Source of the DNA: Candidatus Hermodarchaeota archaeon
GTDB taxonomy: Archaea; Asgardarchaeota; Hermodarchaeia; Hermodarchaeales; Hermodarchaeaceae
Direction of reading: 5' to 3'
Length of the DNA: 64,000 bases
Assembly: GCA_016839365.1 (NCBI GenBank)
Contig: JAEOUH010000071.1
Coordinates: 1 to 64,000, forward strand
Below the pieces are notes generated by a model. The model searched no databases and was not told the DNA's origin. It worked only from the letters and a program-made list of their open reading frames with translations. Shown in pieces: positions 49,208 to 59,604 of the stretch. The translations under genes were made by a program, and so were the position numbers. How positions within the stretch are numbered: the first letter of the stretch is position 1; each line of letters starts with the position of its first letter.

Positions 49208-51118
49208 TCACTCCTCTAAAAGATGGATCGCTTGATGGGGACACACATCCACACATACGCCACATCCATTACACAATGTGGTCTCGATTAGAGCTTTGTC
49301 GGATTCATTGTCCCAGACACATGCTGGACAATTGAATTCGACAGAACAAATCTTACATTTATCTCCGAAACATTTGTCAGCCTCAACCATAAACATAGGG
49401 ATGGATTCTTGTCGTTGCCTCCTCTGGCGATTGGTTATCAATGCACATTCTCGTCGAAAGACGATAGCTTGGCTTTTATCGGAGTTTAAGGCTTTATAGA
49501 CAGTATCAATTGATTCCTTGAGATTAAAGGGATCGACCACTGTAACCGACTGAAAGCCAATACCTTGAAGGACTCGTTCAATCGGAACTGTTGAGGTCAC
49601 ATCTCCTGTGGCACTCAATCCTGTTCCAGGATGAGGTTGAAATCCTGTCATTGCGGTTGCGTTGTTATCCAATACACAGACGATAGCCTTTGATTGATTG
49701 TAAACAATATTCACCAAAGCAGGAAGGCAAGCATGGTAGAATGTTGAATCACCAACTACTGCAATAATTGGGTCCTTGAGGCCAAATTGGTCTAGCTTCC
49801 CTAGCCCACTTGCAATCCCAACTCCAGCACCCATTGAATGTTGGTTCTGCATCACACCATGATAAAACACACCCAGCGAGTAGCACCCAATATCTCCGGT
49901 GACAATCCCTTTGCCTTTATTTCGTTTGATGGCTCGGTAAATGCTATAATAGGTTGGTCTATGGGGACAACCGGTGCAGAAGGTGAGAAGGCGCCGTGGA
50001 ACAATATTGGGAGCATCCTTTGCCATATTGACATATTCTTTCTGAGCAGCGGAGTAACTGAGAGCTTTGAGAGCGGCAATCGACTTAAGCGCTTGGTTGA
50101 TATCAACTTCCCCAAAGACTGGAACATGTCCTGTTAATTTTCCAAAGAATTGTGGAGTAGAATTGGATGACAGTTCCGTGGCAAGGCTTCGAATTTGTGT
50201 TTCTAGATAAGGATCGACTTCTTCAAAGAAGAGTACTTCAGAGGTTTTCTTCAATCGATCAAGAATCATTGCCTTGGGTAATGGTGAAAGAGTAGCAATC
50301 CGAAGAATGCCAACATCTTTCAATTGGAGAAGATCAACCGCCTCTCGAACGTATTTCCAAGCTATACCCGATGTGATAATTAGCAAAGAGGGTTTAGGAG
50401 GTCCATCATATAGATTCAATGTAGATTTTTCAAATTCCTCAACGCGAATTTTATCCAGCCGCGTATGCAAATCACCATGCCGCAAATGGGGACGAGGAAG
50501 ATTGTGTAAAGGGAGATTATAATCGAAAGTGGCAGTTCTTTTAGTTTTAGAAACTTTACCAAGTTTGAAAGGAGCACGACTGTGAGCTAATCGTGTTGTT
50601 TCTCGCACCATGACGATTACGCCATGCTTTTCCGATAACTCAAAGGCGTATGGAATGATATCCTTTGCTTCTTGATGAGTAGAGGGTTCGAGTACAACAA
50701 TATCTGAATAAAATCCAAGAGGCCGTGCATCGCCCTCAGTTGTTGAACTGTGAGCAAACGGATCATCAGCGACAACCAGAACCAATCCACCAGGCCCATG
50801 ACCAGTATAGGCGATATTAATGAGCGAATCGAGGATAACAAAAAACCCATTAAGTTTCATGGAAGCCATGGCACGTAGACCAGTCCAAGCTGCAGCGGTT
50901 GCAGCTTCAAAAGCGACCTTTTCATTGACACTCCATTCAACATAGATTCCAGCATCCTTAGAAATTGTAGCCAAATTTTCTAAAATCTCTGAAGATGGTG
51001 TGCCAGGATATGCTGCAGCGAAATGGACACCTGCCTCGAAGGCTCCACGGGCAATCGCATCATTGCCCAGGCCAATAACTATGTCACCGGTTTTCCCGGT
51101 CATTGGTGAATTACTCAT
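49208..51118 (-). CDS. iorA: indolepyruvate:ferredoxin oxidoreductase alpha subunit
   Basis: GNDAIARG, YPGTPSSEI, NEKVAFE, FCTGCPHR, GDIGCY, GDSTFYH, C-terminal ferredoxin. Confidence 0.95.
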   Translation of the reverse strand: MSNSPMTGKTGDIVIGLGNDAIARGAFEAGVHFAAAYPGTPSSEILENLATISKDAGIYVEWSVNEKVAFEAATAAAWTGLRAMASMKLNGFFVILDSLINIAYTGHGPGGLVLVVADDPFAHSSTTEGDARPLGFYSDIVVLEPSTHQEAKDIIPYAFELSEKHGVIVMVRETTRLAHSRAPFKLGKVSKTKRTATFDYNLPLHNLPRPHLRHGDLHTRLDKIRVEEFEKSTLNLYDGPPKPSLLIITSGIAWKYVREAVDLLQLKDVGILRIATLSPLPKAMILDRLKKTSEVLFFEEVDPYLETQIRSLATELSSNSTPQFFGKLTGHVPVFGEVDINQALKSIAALKALSYSAAQKEYVNMAKDAPNIVPRRLLTFCTGCPHRPTYYSIYRAIKRNKGKGIVTGDIGCYSLGVFYHGVMQNQHSMGAGVGIASGLGKLDQFGLKDPIIAVVGDSTFYHACLPALVNIVYNQSKAIVCVLDNNATAMTGFQPHPGTGLSATGDVTSTVPIERVLQGIGFQSVTVVDPFNLKESIDTVYKALNSDKSQAIVFRRECALITNRQRRQRQESIPMFMVEADKCFGDKCKICSVEFNCPACVWDNESDKALIETTLCNGCGVCVDVCPHQAIHLLEE

Positions 51119-51267
51119 TGCTTTCTACACTCTCGTAATGAGCATAAGTATAATGGAGTGACTAAGTGAGAGACCTGAGAAAATAAAACCTTTTAGCCAC
51201 AACCAACATCCAAAGAAAAAATCAAAACGGTCATCTTTTTCATCAACTTCAGAGTGGAGGATTATAA

Positions 51268-52140
51268 ATGAGGTCCAAGGAAACTGCAAACATGAAAGTG
51301 GTTGATTTTCATTTACACATAGGAAAACGGGAACATTGGAACCCAGCTATTCATGCACTTTTTCAAAAACTTAACCCGGGACTTTATGAAATCCAAGACG
51401 AGGTTATGATACCAGAAAACATCGTTAGGATGCTCGATAGTTGTGGAATAGATTGGGCTGTTATTTTAGCTGAAAATTCCCCAGAAGTTACTGGAGTAGT
51501 AACCAACGAATTCGTTGCTGAATTCTGTGAAAATCACTTAGATCGCCTCATTCCATTTTGTTCGGTTGATCCCACTGAAGATTCCAATCCCGCTAAGACT
51601 CTTGAACACGCGATCAAAACTCTTGGGATGCGTGGATTGAAGCTCTATCCAACATACCAGCACTTTTATCCGAATGCATATGCAACCTCCAATGATTGGG
51701 AGAAGTTGTGGAAATTATACGAAACTGCAGAGACTCTCGATGTTCCTGTTATGTTTCATACGGGAACCAGTATTTTTCCGAATGCCCGGTTGAAATATGG
51801 AAACCCGATGTTCTTAGATGATGTCGCAACCGACTTTCCGAAAATGCCTGTGATCATCGTTCATGGTGGAAGAGGTCCATGGTTTGAAATGGCTTTCTAT
51901 GTGACACGGCTCCATTCGAATACCTACCTTGAGGTTTCCGGTTTGCCTCCGAATAATCTACTCCGATATTTTCCGCAACTTGAGGTAATTGCTGATAAAG
52001 TCCTTTTTGGTAGTGATTGGCCGGGAGTTCTTAGTATAGCTGAAAACATCGAAGCGATTCGAAATCTTAACATAAGCAAAAAAACAAAGAAACAAATTCT
52101 TGGCGAGAACGCCATCAAATTACTCAAACTGGACTCCTAA
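51268..52140 (+). CDS. amidohydrolase-2 family TIM-barrel protein (BzdU-like)
   Basis: DFHLH, GLKLYP, FHTG, HGG, LFGSDWP; lies in the benzoyl-CoA reductase cluster. Confidence 0.88.
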   Translation: MRSKETANMKVVDFHLHIGKREHWNPAIHALFQKLNPGLYEIQDEVMIPENIVRMLDSCGIDWAVILAENSPEVTGVVTNEFVAEFCENHLDRLIPFCSVDPTEDSNPAKTLEHAIKTLGMRGLKLYPTYQHFYPNAYATSNDWEKLWKLYETAETLDVPVMFHTGTSIFPNARLKYGNPMFLDDVATDFPKMPVIIVHGGRGPWFEMAFYVTRLHSNTYLEVSGLPPNNLLRYFPQLEVIADKVLFGSDWPGVLSIAENIEAIRNLNISKKTKKQILGENAIKLLKLDS

Positions 52141-52157
52141 AAACCAGGATTCATCCC

Positions 52158-52385
52158 TCATTTAGGTCGCGTAAAGATGGTAACGAGAGTACAATTATCA
52201 GATTGAATACACTCATCACAGGTTCGATCAGTCTCAACATCAGCTGTCGGAAAGATCAGCACCTCAAAACCTAATTCCTCATAATTGGCTTTGTATTCGG
52301 GAGCACGATGCTTTTCAATACTGAATCGTTTTTCCCACCCCTGTTGTCCTAACTCTTTATCTGTCGGAGTATCCATCGAAATCAC
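52158..52385 (-). CDS. small benzoyl-CoA-reductase-cluster protein (BzdT-like)
   Basis: GWEKRF...YEELGFEV...CDEC...IFTR; last gene of the bzd run. The BzdT likeness is from recall. Confidence 0.65.
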   Translation of the reverse strand: MISMDTPTDKELGQQGWEKRFSIEKHRAPEYKANYEELGFEVLIFPTADVETDRTCDECIQSDNCTLVTIFTRPK

Positions 52386-52411
52386 CCGAAATAATTGAGA
52401 GCTTATTTTGT

Positions 52412-54922
52412 TTAGAACAGGTCATCAAGTTCATCTTCACCTGGAATTTTCCCATGATCTTGTACGTACTGTTGGAGAAGCTCAGTTTCTCGTTTTGTGT
52501 ACATAGGGTCTTCTTCAAACTGGAAGAGTTTCGCATTGGGCTGCTGGGTTATCTGCTCTTTCAATGCTGCTTGAAGGCTATCAGTTCCTTTGATAATTAA
52601 CACCGTCTTTTCCGAGTCTGCGAGCGTAAATACACCAGGGCCTAATGGAACCTGATCAATTTCCTTTTTTACAAAGAGTAGCCACGCTTCTGGAGGCATG
52701 GTGAGTTGAGTCAATAATAATCTGAGGTCACATTGCAGACAGCGCTGAGCTTCCTTTTGTGCCACTTCAAGTGGAAGGGCTAGCTCAACCTCTTCAAAGG
52801 ATGAAACGCGATCATTTTTTGGAAGTAATGGCAATTTGGGGCGGCCCCATTTGTAGAAGTCCTCATCATGTCCCAATTGATGGTTGATTATTGGATCACC
52901 TGCAAGACGCTCAACAAGAATGCCTGTGCCGCCCAAGTAGGTATCAATCTGCGAAGCGGCTTGTCGACCAGTTGCCATTGCTTCCACCACGGAGGTGGGT
53001 CCAGTAACCACATCGCCAGCCACAAAAATCCCACTTATTTGGGATTCCCAAGTGTTCTCTTTCGTTGCTAAGGTTCCCTCTTCTTTTAGTTTCAGTTCTA
53101 ATCCCTTACTGATTTTGGACAGGTCAACTGATTGACCAACCGCAAAGAAGACAGTATCAGCGGTGATCGTTTGCAATGTTTCTTCATCAAAGCTAGGATT
53201 GAAGCAACCTTCCTCATCGAATACACAGGTACACCGGATTAATTCAACCCCAGAGACCTTTCCATTTTCACACAGAATCCGTCGAGGCCCCCAAGAAGTA
53301 TGAAGCTCAACACCTTCATCAACAGCTTCAGAGATTTCCCATTCATGAGCTGGCATTTCTTCATCAGTTTCTAAACAGGTAAGCATCACTTTTTCAGCGC
53401 CTAAACGAATAGAGGTCCGCGCAACATCAATTGCTACGCTTCCACCACCAACAACAATGACTTCTTTACCAAGATCTGGTTTATCTCCTGCATTCACTTT
53501 TTTTAGAAAATCTAATCCATTGTAAACGCCTGTGAAATCATGCCCTTCAATCAGTAGATCTTTACCCACTTGTGTCCCGATAGCCAGTAACACAACATCA
53601 AAATCGTTTCTTAATTGAGTAACAGAGATTTCTTCACCAATGGGAGTTCCCGTTTTCATCTTGACACCCATGTCAGTAAGAACCTGGATGTCAGCTTCTA
53701 GAACTGTTCGTGGTAGCCGATAAGATGGAATCCCAGATCGAAGCATTCCTCCGGGCTCCATTTGCTCTTCAAAGATGGTTACATCATGCCCCAATCGGGC
53801 AAGGTAGAATGCGGCACTTAGACCAGCAGGTCCAGAGCCGACGATACCAACACGTTTTCCTGTTGATTTAGAAATCGATAATTCTGATTGCCATTGACGG
53901 GTATCATTCTCAACTGCAGTTCGTTTGAGTCCCATTATGCATAAAGCACCATTGAGATCTGTTCGGCGACATTTCTCTTCACAGGGATGATGGCATACAT
54001 GAGCTAGCACGGATGGGAGTGCAGCCTTTTCGCGAATAACAGCAGTGGCTTGTGTATAATCACCTGCTGCTACCAGACGAAGGTATCGCGGAATATCAAT
54101 TTCCAAAGGACAATTATTGACACAGGGCAATAGGACGGCTTCTCGGTCAGCCCAGATTACTTCCTGATCTAACAACGCACCAGTGGGACAGACTTCCACG
54201 CACGCCCCACAGAATTTACAACCAGATTCACCCAGACTTATAGCCTTTGATCCAACAAGTAATTGTTTCCCATCAAAAGCCATTCCCAGTGCATCAATGT
54301 CACGTAGGTCACTACAGGCCCTAATACAACGAGTGCATCCAATGCATAAATTGTAATTGCGGATGATTAGTGGTTCATCTTCAATTTTCGGAAGCTTTTG
54401 AGGAACGTAGCGAGGGGTGTCTTCCCGAATGCCCACATATTCTGCTACTTTCTGCAGTTCACAACGTCCAAATTTCTCACAACATCTTTCATCAACTGGA
54501 ACATTGGGTGGGCAAGGTTCACGGGCACAACCTTCTCGTTGTGCACAGGTCAAACATGCATGGGGGTGAGTAGATAATATTGATACTAGCTTTTCTTGGC
54601 GGTGTGCAACAATTGCTGGTGTGTCAATAAATACAACCATTCCTTCCTCAACAACGGTGTCACAAGCCTGAAGAATTCCATCACGCCCTTCAATTTCAAT
54701 TGCACAGAGGCCACAGCCCTCATAATCTACGTTCCCTCCAATGTTCTTGATTTCTTGAGACCCGCGAAAGACATTGCCAGTAGTTTTCTTTCCCACTCCA
54801 GATGGTAAATCGGGGTGATAACACAAGCGAGGGATATACAAATCCACAGATTCTGCCGCAGTTAGTATGCTTGAGCCCTCATCTACTTCAGCTTCGATGC
54901 CATTTATTGTCAGTTTTACCAT
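52412..54922 (-). CDS. bzdV: NADPH:ferredoxin oxidoreductase-like Fe-S flavoprotein (BzdV-like)
   Basis: N-terminal 2Fe-2S (IPRLCYHP...CGLC...QAC), HPHACLTC, 2x[4Fe-4S], GltD-like CPLEIDIP...GSGPAG...GGGSVA...AGD. Confidence 0.85.
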   Translation of the reverse strand: MVKLTINGIEAEVDEGSSILTAAESVDLYIPRLCYHPDLPSGVGKKTTGNVFRGSQEIKNIGGNVDYEGCGLCAIEIEGRDGILQACDTVVEEGMVVFIDTPAIVAHRQEKLVSILSTHPHACLTCAQREGCAREPCPPNVPVDERCCEKFGRCELQKVAEYVGIREDTPRYVPQKLPKIEDEPLIIRNYNLCIGCTRCIRACSDLRDIDALGMAFDGKQLLVGSKAISLGESGCKFCGACVEVCPTGALLDQEVIWADREAVLLPCVNNCPLEIDIPRYLRLVAAGDYTQATAVIREKAALPSVLAHVCHHPCEEKCRRTDLNGALCIMGLKRTAVENDTRQWQSELSISKSTGKRVGIVGSGPAGLSAAFYLARLGHDVTIFEEQMEPGGMLRSGIPSYRLPRTVLEADIQVLTDMGVKMKTGTPIGEEISVTQLRNDFDVVLLAIGTQVGKDLLIEGHDFTGVYNGLDFLKKVNAGDKPDLGKEVIVVGGGSVAIDVARTSIRLGAEKVMLTCLETDEEMPAHEWEISEAVDEGVELHTSWGPRRILCENGKVSGVELIRCTCVFDEEGCFNPSFDEETLQTITADTVFFAVGQSVDLSKISKGLELKLKEEGTLATKENTWESQISGIFVAGDVVTGPTSVVEAMATGRQAASQIDTYLGGTGILVERLAGDPIINHQLGHDEDFYKWGRPKLPLLPKNDRVSSFEEVELALPLEVAQKEAQRCLQCDLRLLLTQLTMPPEAWLLFVKKEIDQVPLGPGVFTLADSEKTVLIIKGTDSLQAALKEQITQQPNAKLFQFEEDPMYTKRETELLQQYVQDHGKIPGEDELDDLF

Positions 54923-54987
54923 TGGCTTCCACCTTCTCGAAGAGGCTTTGGTGCATAAAGTTGGTATGGGTGACGATTATATTGTGA

Positions 54988-55299
54988 TTAGAGCATCTGC
55001 CCTTTTGCAGTGCTAAGGAAATGGGTAATAGCTTGAGTTGGGCAAGCTGATACACAAGGGGGGTCATCGTCCCCGCCTGTTTTCTTACAGGGAGCACAAC
55101 TGTATTTGAGCTTGTGTCGATGTTCCTCTTGGACACTCATGATGTTGCCATCATCAATATCGAAATCGTTTGGGATAACTTCTAACACTGATGCAGGACA
55201 GACTTCAGCACATTTACCACACCCATCGCATTTGGCTGTATCCAAAGCGATGAAATATTCCCCGGAACCATCCTTGTACCCGTAATTAGCAATCAACAT
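54988..55299 (-). CDS. bzdM: 2[4Fe-4S] ferredoxin (BzdM-like electron donor to BCR)
   Basis: ANYGYKDGSGEYFI, CDGCGKCAEVCP, CAPC...CVSACP; directly after bzdQ. Confidence 0.85.
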   Translation of the reverse strand: MLIANYGYKDGSGEYFIALDTAKCDGCGKCAEVCPASVLEVIPNDFDIDDGNIMSVQEEHRHKLKYSCAPCKKTGGDDDPPCVSACPTQAITHFLSTAKGQML

Positions 55300-55314
55300 T
55301 ATCACCTAGATAAA

Positions 55315-56214
55315 TTAGCCTTGAGAGCGTTCGTAGAGTACCTTTGCAAAAAGTGCGGCTCCTGCCGCACCAGCCAGCATCGGATCAAAACGTGGGTCAC
55401 CACGCCATTGGTCCGGTTTGAGGGCCTGAATTCCCAGCTCTTTTTCAACACGTTTGACGATTCCAATGTTTTTGGCAATCCCACCTGTGATGACGAATTC
55501 TTTCTCGATACCCACTCGATTGAGCAGATCAACGACACGATGGGCCATGGCTTGGCAATAGGCGGCCAAAACCTCATCTTTTGACCAGCCACTGCGAAGA
55601 AGACCCACAGCTTCAGACTTGGCGAAGACTACACAGGTGCTACTTACTGATTGGGGTTCCTCTTTTACAGCAAGGGATCTGTCTCCGACTTCCTGAATAG
55701 GGACAGAGAGTAGATCGGCAAACACTTCCATACCTCGACCAGTTCCTGCTGCGCATTTATCATTCATCAGGAAGTTCTGGACTTTACCTTTTTCATCAAC
55801 GCGAATGGCTTTGCAATCCTGTCCGCCCATATCGAGAACCGTTCGAACAGTAGGTCCCCACATGAAATTAGCTCCACGACCATGACAGGCAATCTCAGTA
55901 ATTGCCTTTTGTGCGAAGGGAATGTTAACTCGTCCATACCCAGTTCCTACAACATAATTCACTTCTTTGAGGGTCAGTCCAGTATCCTCAAGAGCCCAGT
56001 TCATTGTTCGTTCAGCACTATCAGGACTGCTGGAGCCGGTTCGCATGACACTCTGTGCAAATACTTCTCCATCTACCATGATTACAGTCTTTGAACTGAC
56101 AGATCCGATGTCGACCCCTCCACTGATGACCTTCCCTTTCGTGGGATCGATGCCTTCGACTGTGTGTCGGTATTCCGGCCATCTCCAGAATTCTTCTTTG
56201 CTCATTTTCATCAC
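55315..56214 (-). CDS. bzdQ: benzoyl-CoA reductase ATPase subunit Q
   Basis: FWRWPE, GVDIGSVSSK, TGYGRV, EIACHG, DMGGQD, MNDKCAAGTGR, GGIAKN. Confidence 0.93.
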   Translation of the reverse strand: MMKMSKEEFWRWPEYRHTVEGIDPTKGKVISGGVDIGSVSSKTVIMVDGEVFAQSVMRTGSSSPDSAERTMNWALEDTGLTLKEVNYVVGTGYGRVNIPFAQKAITEIACHGRGANFMWGPTVRTVLDMGGQDCKAIRVDEKGKVQNFLMNDKCAAGTGRGMEVFADLLSVPIQEVGDRSLAVKEEPQSVSSTCVVFAKSEAVGLLRSGWSKDEVLAAYCQAMAHRVVDLLNRVGIEKEFVITGGIAKNIGIVKRVEKELGIQALKPDQWRGDPRFDPMLAGAAGAALFAKVLYERSQG

Positions 56215-56987
56215 TCCTTTACTCTTTCCTGAGCGACCAGGGCAGCCCCATAAGCACTCACATACTCAGGAAACTCAGGCACATGAACTTCCACCCCTAA
56301 TCCATGTTTCATCGAGTCCACAAAGCCCACATCATAGGCGAGTCCCCCAATCAAAAGAACGTCTTCAGTTATCCCAAGCCTTCGCACCATTGACACCACT
56401 CGTTCAGCAATTGCATCATGAATCGCACGAGCAATGTTTGCTTTGGGGGTCTGATTGTGAATGAGTGAGACGACTTCAGATTCCGCAAAGACCGTACATT
56501 GTGCATTCATGGGAACAGCTTCAGTGGCTTTCAAAGACATTGGACCCATCTGTCCCAATTCGACTTCCAATGCACGAGACATGGCTTCAACAAATGCGCC
56601 TGCCCCAGCAGCACACCGTTCATTCACCACAAAGTCCTTCATACTCCCAGTTTCATCACATTTGACCGCACGTGCTTCCTCAGCCCCGACATCAATAATG
56701 GTCCGAGCAGTGGCTAGCAATTTGACCCCTGCTTTAGCATTTGCTCCCACTTCACTGACACTATCAGCCGCAAAATCCACTGATCCTTGGCCAATTCCAG
56801 TTTCAGTGATGTGCACAATATCCTCAATCTTCAACTCCGCTGCCTTAAGGGCCATCTCAGAGGCAGCCTTAGCTGCAATTTTCAGATCGAATCCCGTAAG
56901 GGCGGAACCACGAGCAACTATCTTGTCATCATTGAGAATAACAACTTTCACATTCTTTGCGCCAAAATCGATTCCTGCAGTAATCAC
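56211..56987 (-). CDS. bzdP: benzoyl-CoA reductase ATPase subunit P
   Basis: GTG 56987 with GGAGGTG; ITAGIDFG, DVGAEEAR, NERCAAGAGAF, CTVFAESE. Confidence 0.92.
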   Translation of the reverse strand: MITAGIDFGAKNVKVVILNDDKIVARGSALTGFDLKIAAKAASEMALKAAELKIEDIVHITETGIGQGSVDFAADSVSEVGANAKAGVKLLATARTIIDVGAEEARAVKCDETGSMKDFVVNERCAAGAGAFVEAMSRALEVELGQMGPMSLKATEAVPMNAQCTVFAESEVVSLIHNQTPKANIARAIHDAIAERVVSMVRRLGITEDVLLIGGLAYDVGFVDSMKHGLGVEVHVPEFPEYVSAYGAALVAQERVKE

Positions 56988-57000
56988 CTGTTTACACCTC

Positions 57001-58308
57001 CTACTTAACTCCCAATAGTTCCAAGAAGGAATCCACCGCCTTCTTAGTGCGTTCCAAATCGAATTCGCGTTCATCACCCATATTCCCTTCAAAGGGAAGA
57101 ACGGGTATACCTGCTTCTTTGAAAGCAAGACGATTCTCGGCGATGTTCAATGTCAACCCTTCACAACCACGATTATAATGCAACATTACTCCATCAACCT
57201 TCCATTCTCGCACAATCCGGAGCATCAAATCGCTCTTTTCATGAGCGGAATAGAAATGCTGCCACTCAGGTCGAGCATGCGTCCAATCAGCCAATATTTC
57301 AAGGGCCTGCTTACGGGTTTTAATATCAATCCCTTGCTGTTGGGGAGTTGTTCTGGGACCCCAAGTCCCATCCTCTTTCACTTCCCATGCCCCAATCAAG
57401 GAAAAAGTGTAAAGTGATCCAACGGACACCACACCATGCTTTTCGAGATACCGAAACACTTCTAAAAATCCCCAAGGAGGTTGAGTATCGGTGATGACTC
57501 GTCGTTGTTCATTACCCACTGCGGCAATTTTGGTATCGACCCGATCTTGAACTTCATCACGAAGTTTTCGATAAAAGGCAACAACCTCTGGACGATGTTT
57601 CATGAGGGTTCCAAAGACATAGAGTGAATACATCGTCTTTTCATCAAGTGGAGCTGGAATGGTTTTATTCAACACACAAATCTCAGCCCAAAGAGATGTG
57701 GCTTCACATTCGTTATACACAGCTTGGATAAGCTTCTCATCATCATAGTCGCGACCAGTGGTTTTCTCTAACCAATCAATCCCATCAAGCAACTGATTGA
57801 CCACGTACCCTCGACGTCTTTCATTGAAATCCTCGGTTAACCCAGTGCTTACATCAATACAAAAGAATGGAACTCCGCCTTCAAGATCGCTAGCAATTTG
57901 ATACCACTTTGCATGACTACAGCAGATGTGAGTTGTCCACATGAAATCTGGTTTGGGAAACTCCCCACCGAACACATATTCATCTAAAACAACAGAGCCC
58001 AGATAATTGCGTAAATACGCACATAAATCCCTTGCAAATCCTTTTGCCTCAATTGCCTCCTGACAACGAGCGGCAAATTCCTTGTTGAAGGCTACTGAAG
58101 CACCATAAGGTTCGCCAGTCAGGCTCCATACATCATCGCCCAACCCGGAAGGTACAGCGCTATAAGCCCATGCTCCACCAGCCCATCGGATTCCACCCCG
58201 CTCATGGGCCTTAGCATAATTCTCGTAATATTGTTGTCGTAATGCTTTGCCTTCATTCCAGATATCCAAAGGTTTGGTTTGATATTTCATCTCAGTCATC
58301 TTCATCAC
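57001..58308 (-). CDS. bzdO: benzoyl-CoA reductase subunit O
   Basis: RWAGGAW, TGEPYGAS, DLCAYLRNY, HICCSHAKW, TDTQPPW, HYNRGCEG, FEGNMGD. Confidence 0.93.
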   Translation of the reverse strand: MMKMTEMKYQTKPLDIWNEGKALRQQYYENYAKAHERGGIRWAGGAWAYSAVPSGLGDDVWSLTGEPYGASVAFNKEFAARCQEAIEAKGFARDLCAYLRNYLGSVVLDEYVFGGEFPKPDFMWTTHICCSHAKWYQIASDLEGGVPFFCIDVSTGLTEDFNERRRGYVVNQLLDGIDWLEKTTGRDYDDEKLIQAVYNECEATSLWAEICVLNKTIPAPLDEKTMYSLYVFGTLMKHRPEVVAFYRKLRDEVQDRVDTKIAAVGNEQRRVITDTQPPWGFLEVFRYLEKHGVVSVGSLYTFSLIGAWEVKEDGTWGPRTTPQQQGIDIKTRKQALEILADWTHARPEWQHFYSAHEKSDLMLRIVREWKVDGVMLHYNRGCEGLTLNIAENRLAFKEAGIPVLPFEGNMGDEREFDLERTKKAVDSFLELLGVK

Positions 58309-59433
58309 CTAATATAGGTCGGGTAATGCAAAGGTCTCCAGAAACGCTTCTACACGAGTCTTAAACTGTCCAATTGGTACTGTTACATCAAACTCTAAGA
58401 AATAGGTGGGAATGCCATTCTCTTGAAGCATTTGTCGTAAAGCAGGCATATCCAATTCATGTGGATCACAGAATTTCTGCTGGATGACAAGAGCACCCTG
58501 AACATTGTAGTCCTTTGCAAGTTGCAGTATATGTGGGAATCGCTTCCGATCTGGCCAATCCTTGCTAGGACACGGGGGTCTATCAATATATCGAGCAGCG
58601 ATAGCCATCAGTCGGTCATCTTGGAGTTCAACTTCGTTCCAGAAATAACGAGTGCCAGTACAATGGTCATCGACGACTAGTGTGGAGTCCAGTGTTTCGA
58701 CCATTTTCACAAATTCTGTGTCGTCGTCTTCACTTCCCAAGATCATCAGACGAGTCCCCGTATTCCTGTCCAGCTTCCGATTTGGCAGTTCTTTGAGTAC
58801 TTCTTCTAGAGCCTGGTTATGTTCTTCTTTGTCGACCATTTGACTTGAGACAACCATATACATCGCTTCAAGTCCAGTTAAAGGTGGATTCTCTTGTTTG
58901 CGGTATTCATACACTTTTTTCATCAATTGGCGATTCTTATTCACAACCTCGATGCCCCGATCAATGTCTTTATCCGAAATTGAGCGGCCAATCCATTTTT
59001 CTAAAGCCTGCTTGAAGACCTCAAGTTCCCCACGTAAATATGGGTATGCATGGGGGGTCTGTACTCCATGGGGCATGTACAAGTAGAAACTGAATTCTTG
59101 GGGAATGTGCTTTATCCAGCTGTTGTAAGTTTGTCGAATATGGAGACATGATTGAGCAATCATGACTCCATTGAGATAGTCATAGCGACCTTTCAAACCT
59201 TGAGCTAAGCAGTCACGACAAAAGGGGCAAAACATGCCAAAGATATGTGGTTCCGTTACATCCTGTGCCTCGTGGCTACCCAGGATGCGAACTGGAAGGA
59301 TATCAGCCGCAATAATGAGTTCTTCAGGAACGTAGGTACAAAAGTAACCAAGCACTTTACCACCCGTACGCTTTTTCCAAGCCTGAGCATAGTCGTGTCG
59401 GTTGGTAAACCATTCTTTGAATTTCTCAAACAT
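58309..59433 (-). CDS. bzdN: benzoyl-CoA reductase subunit N
   Basis: GYFCTYVPEE, FCPFCRD, QSCLH, DDHCTGTRY, QQKFCDPH, TRVEAFLE. Confidence 0.93.
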   Translation of the reverse strand: MFEKFKEWFTNRHDYAQAWKKRTGGKVLGYFCTYVPEELIIAADILPVRILGSHEAQDVTEPHIFGMFCPFCRDCLAQGLKGRYDYLNGVMIAQSCLHIRQTYNSWIKHIPQEFSFYLYMPHGVQTPHAYPYLRGELEVFKQALEKWIGRSISDKDIDRGIEVVNKNRQLMKKVYEYRKQENPPLTGLEAMYMVVSSQMVDKEEHNQALEEVLKELPNRKLDRNTGTRLMILGSEDDDTEFVKMVETLDSTLVVDDHCTGTRYFWNEVELQDDRLMAIAARYIDRPPCPSKDWPDRKRFPHILQLAKDYNVQGALVIQQKFCDPHELDMPALRQMLQENGIPTYFLEFDVTVPIGQFKTRVEAFLETFALPDLY

Positions 59434-59604
59434 CGGGATCTTCCTGCTCTGAAAAACACTTAGGAGAGAGCGTCTTGTTCGCGGAGTAATAGAGTGATAT
59501 TCCTTAAGAATTTTTGCAAAACTGTTTTATAATGATTGTTGGTTATTTAATATTGATAAAAAGAAATAGCAAGAATATGCACAAACCATCAGGGAGTTGT
59601 TAGT

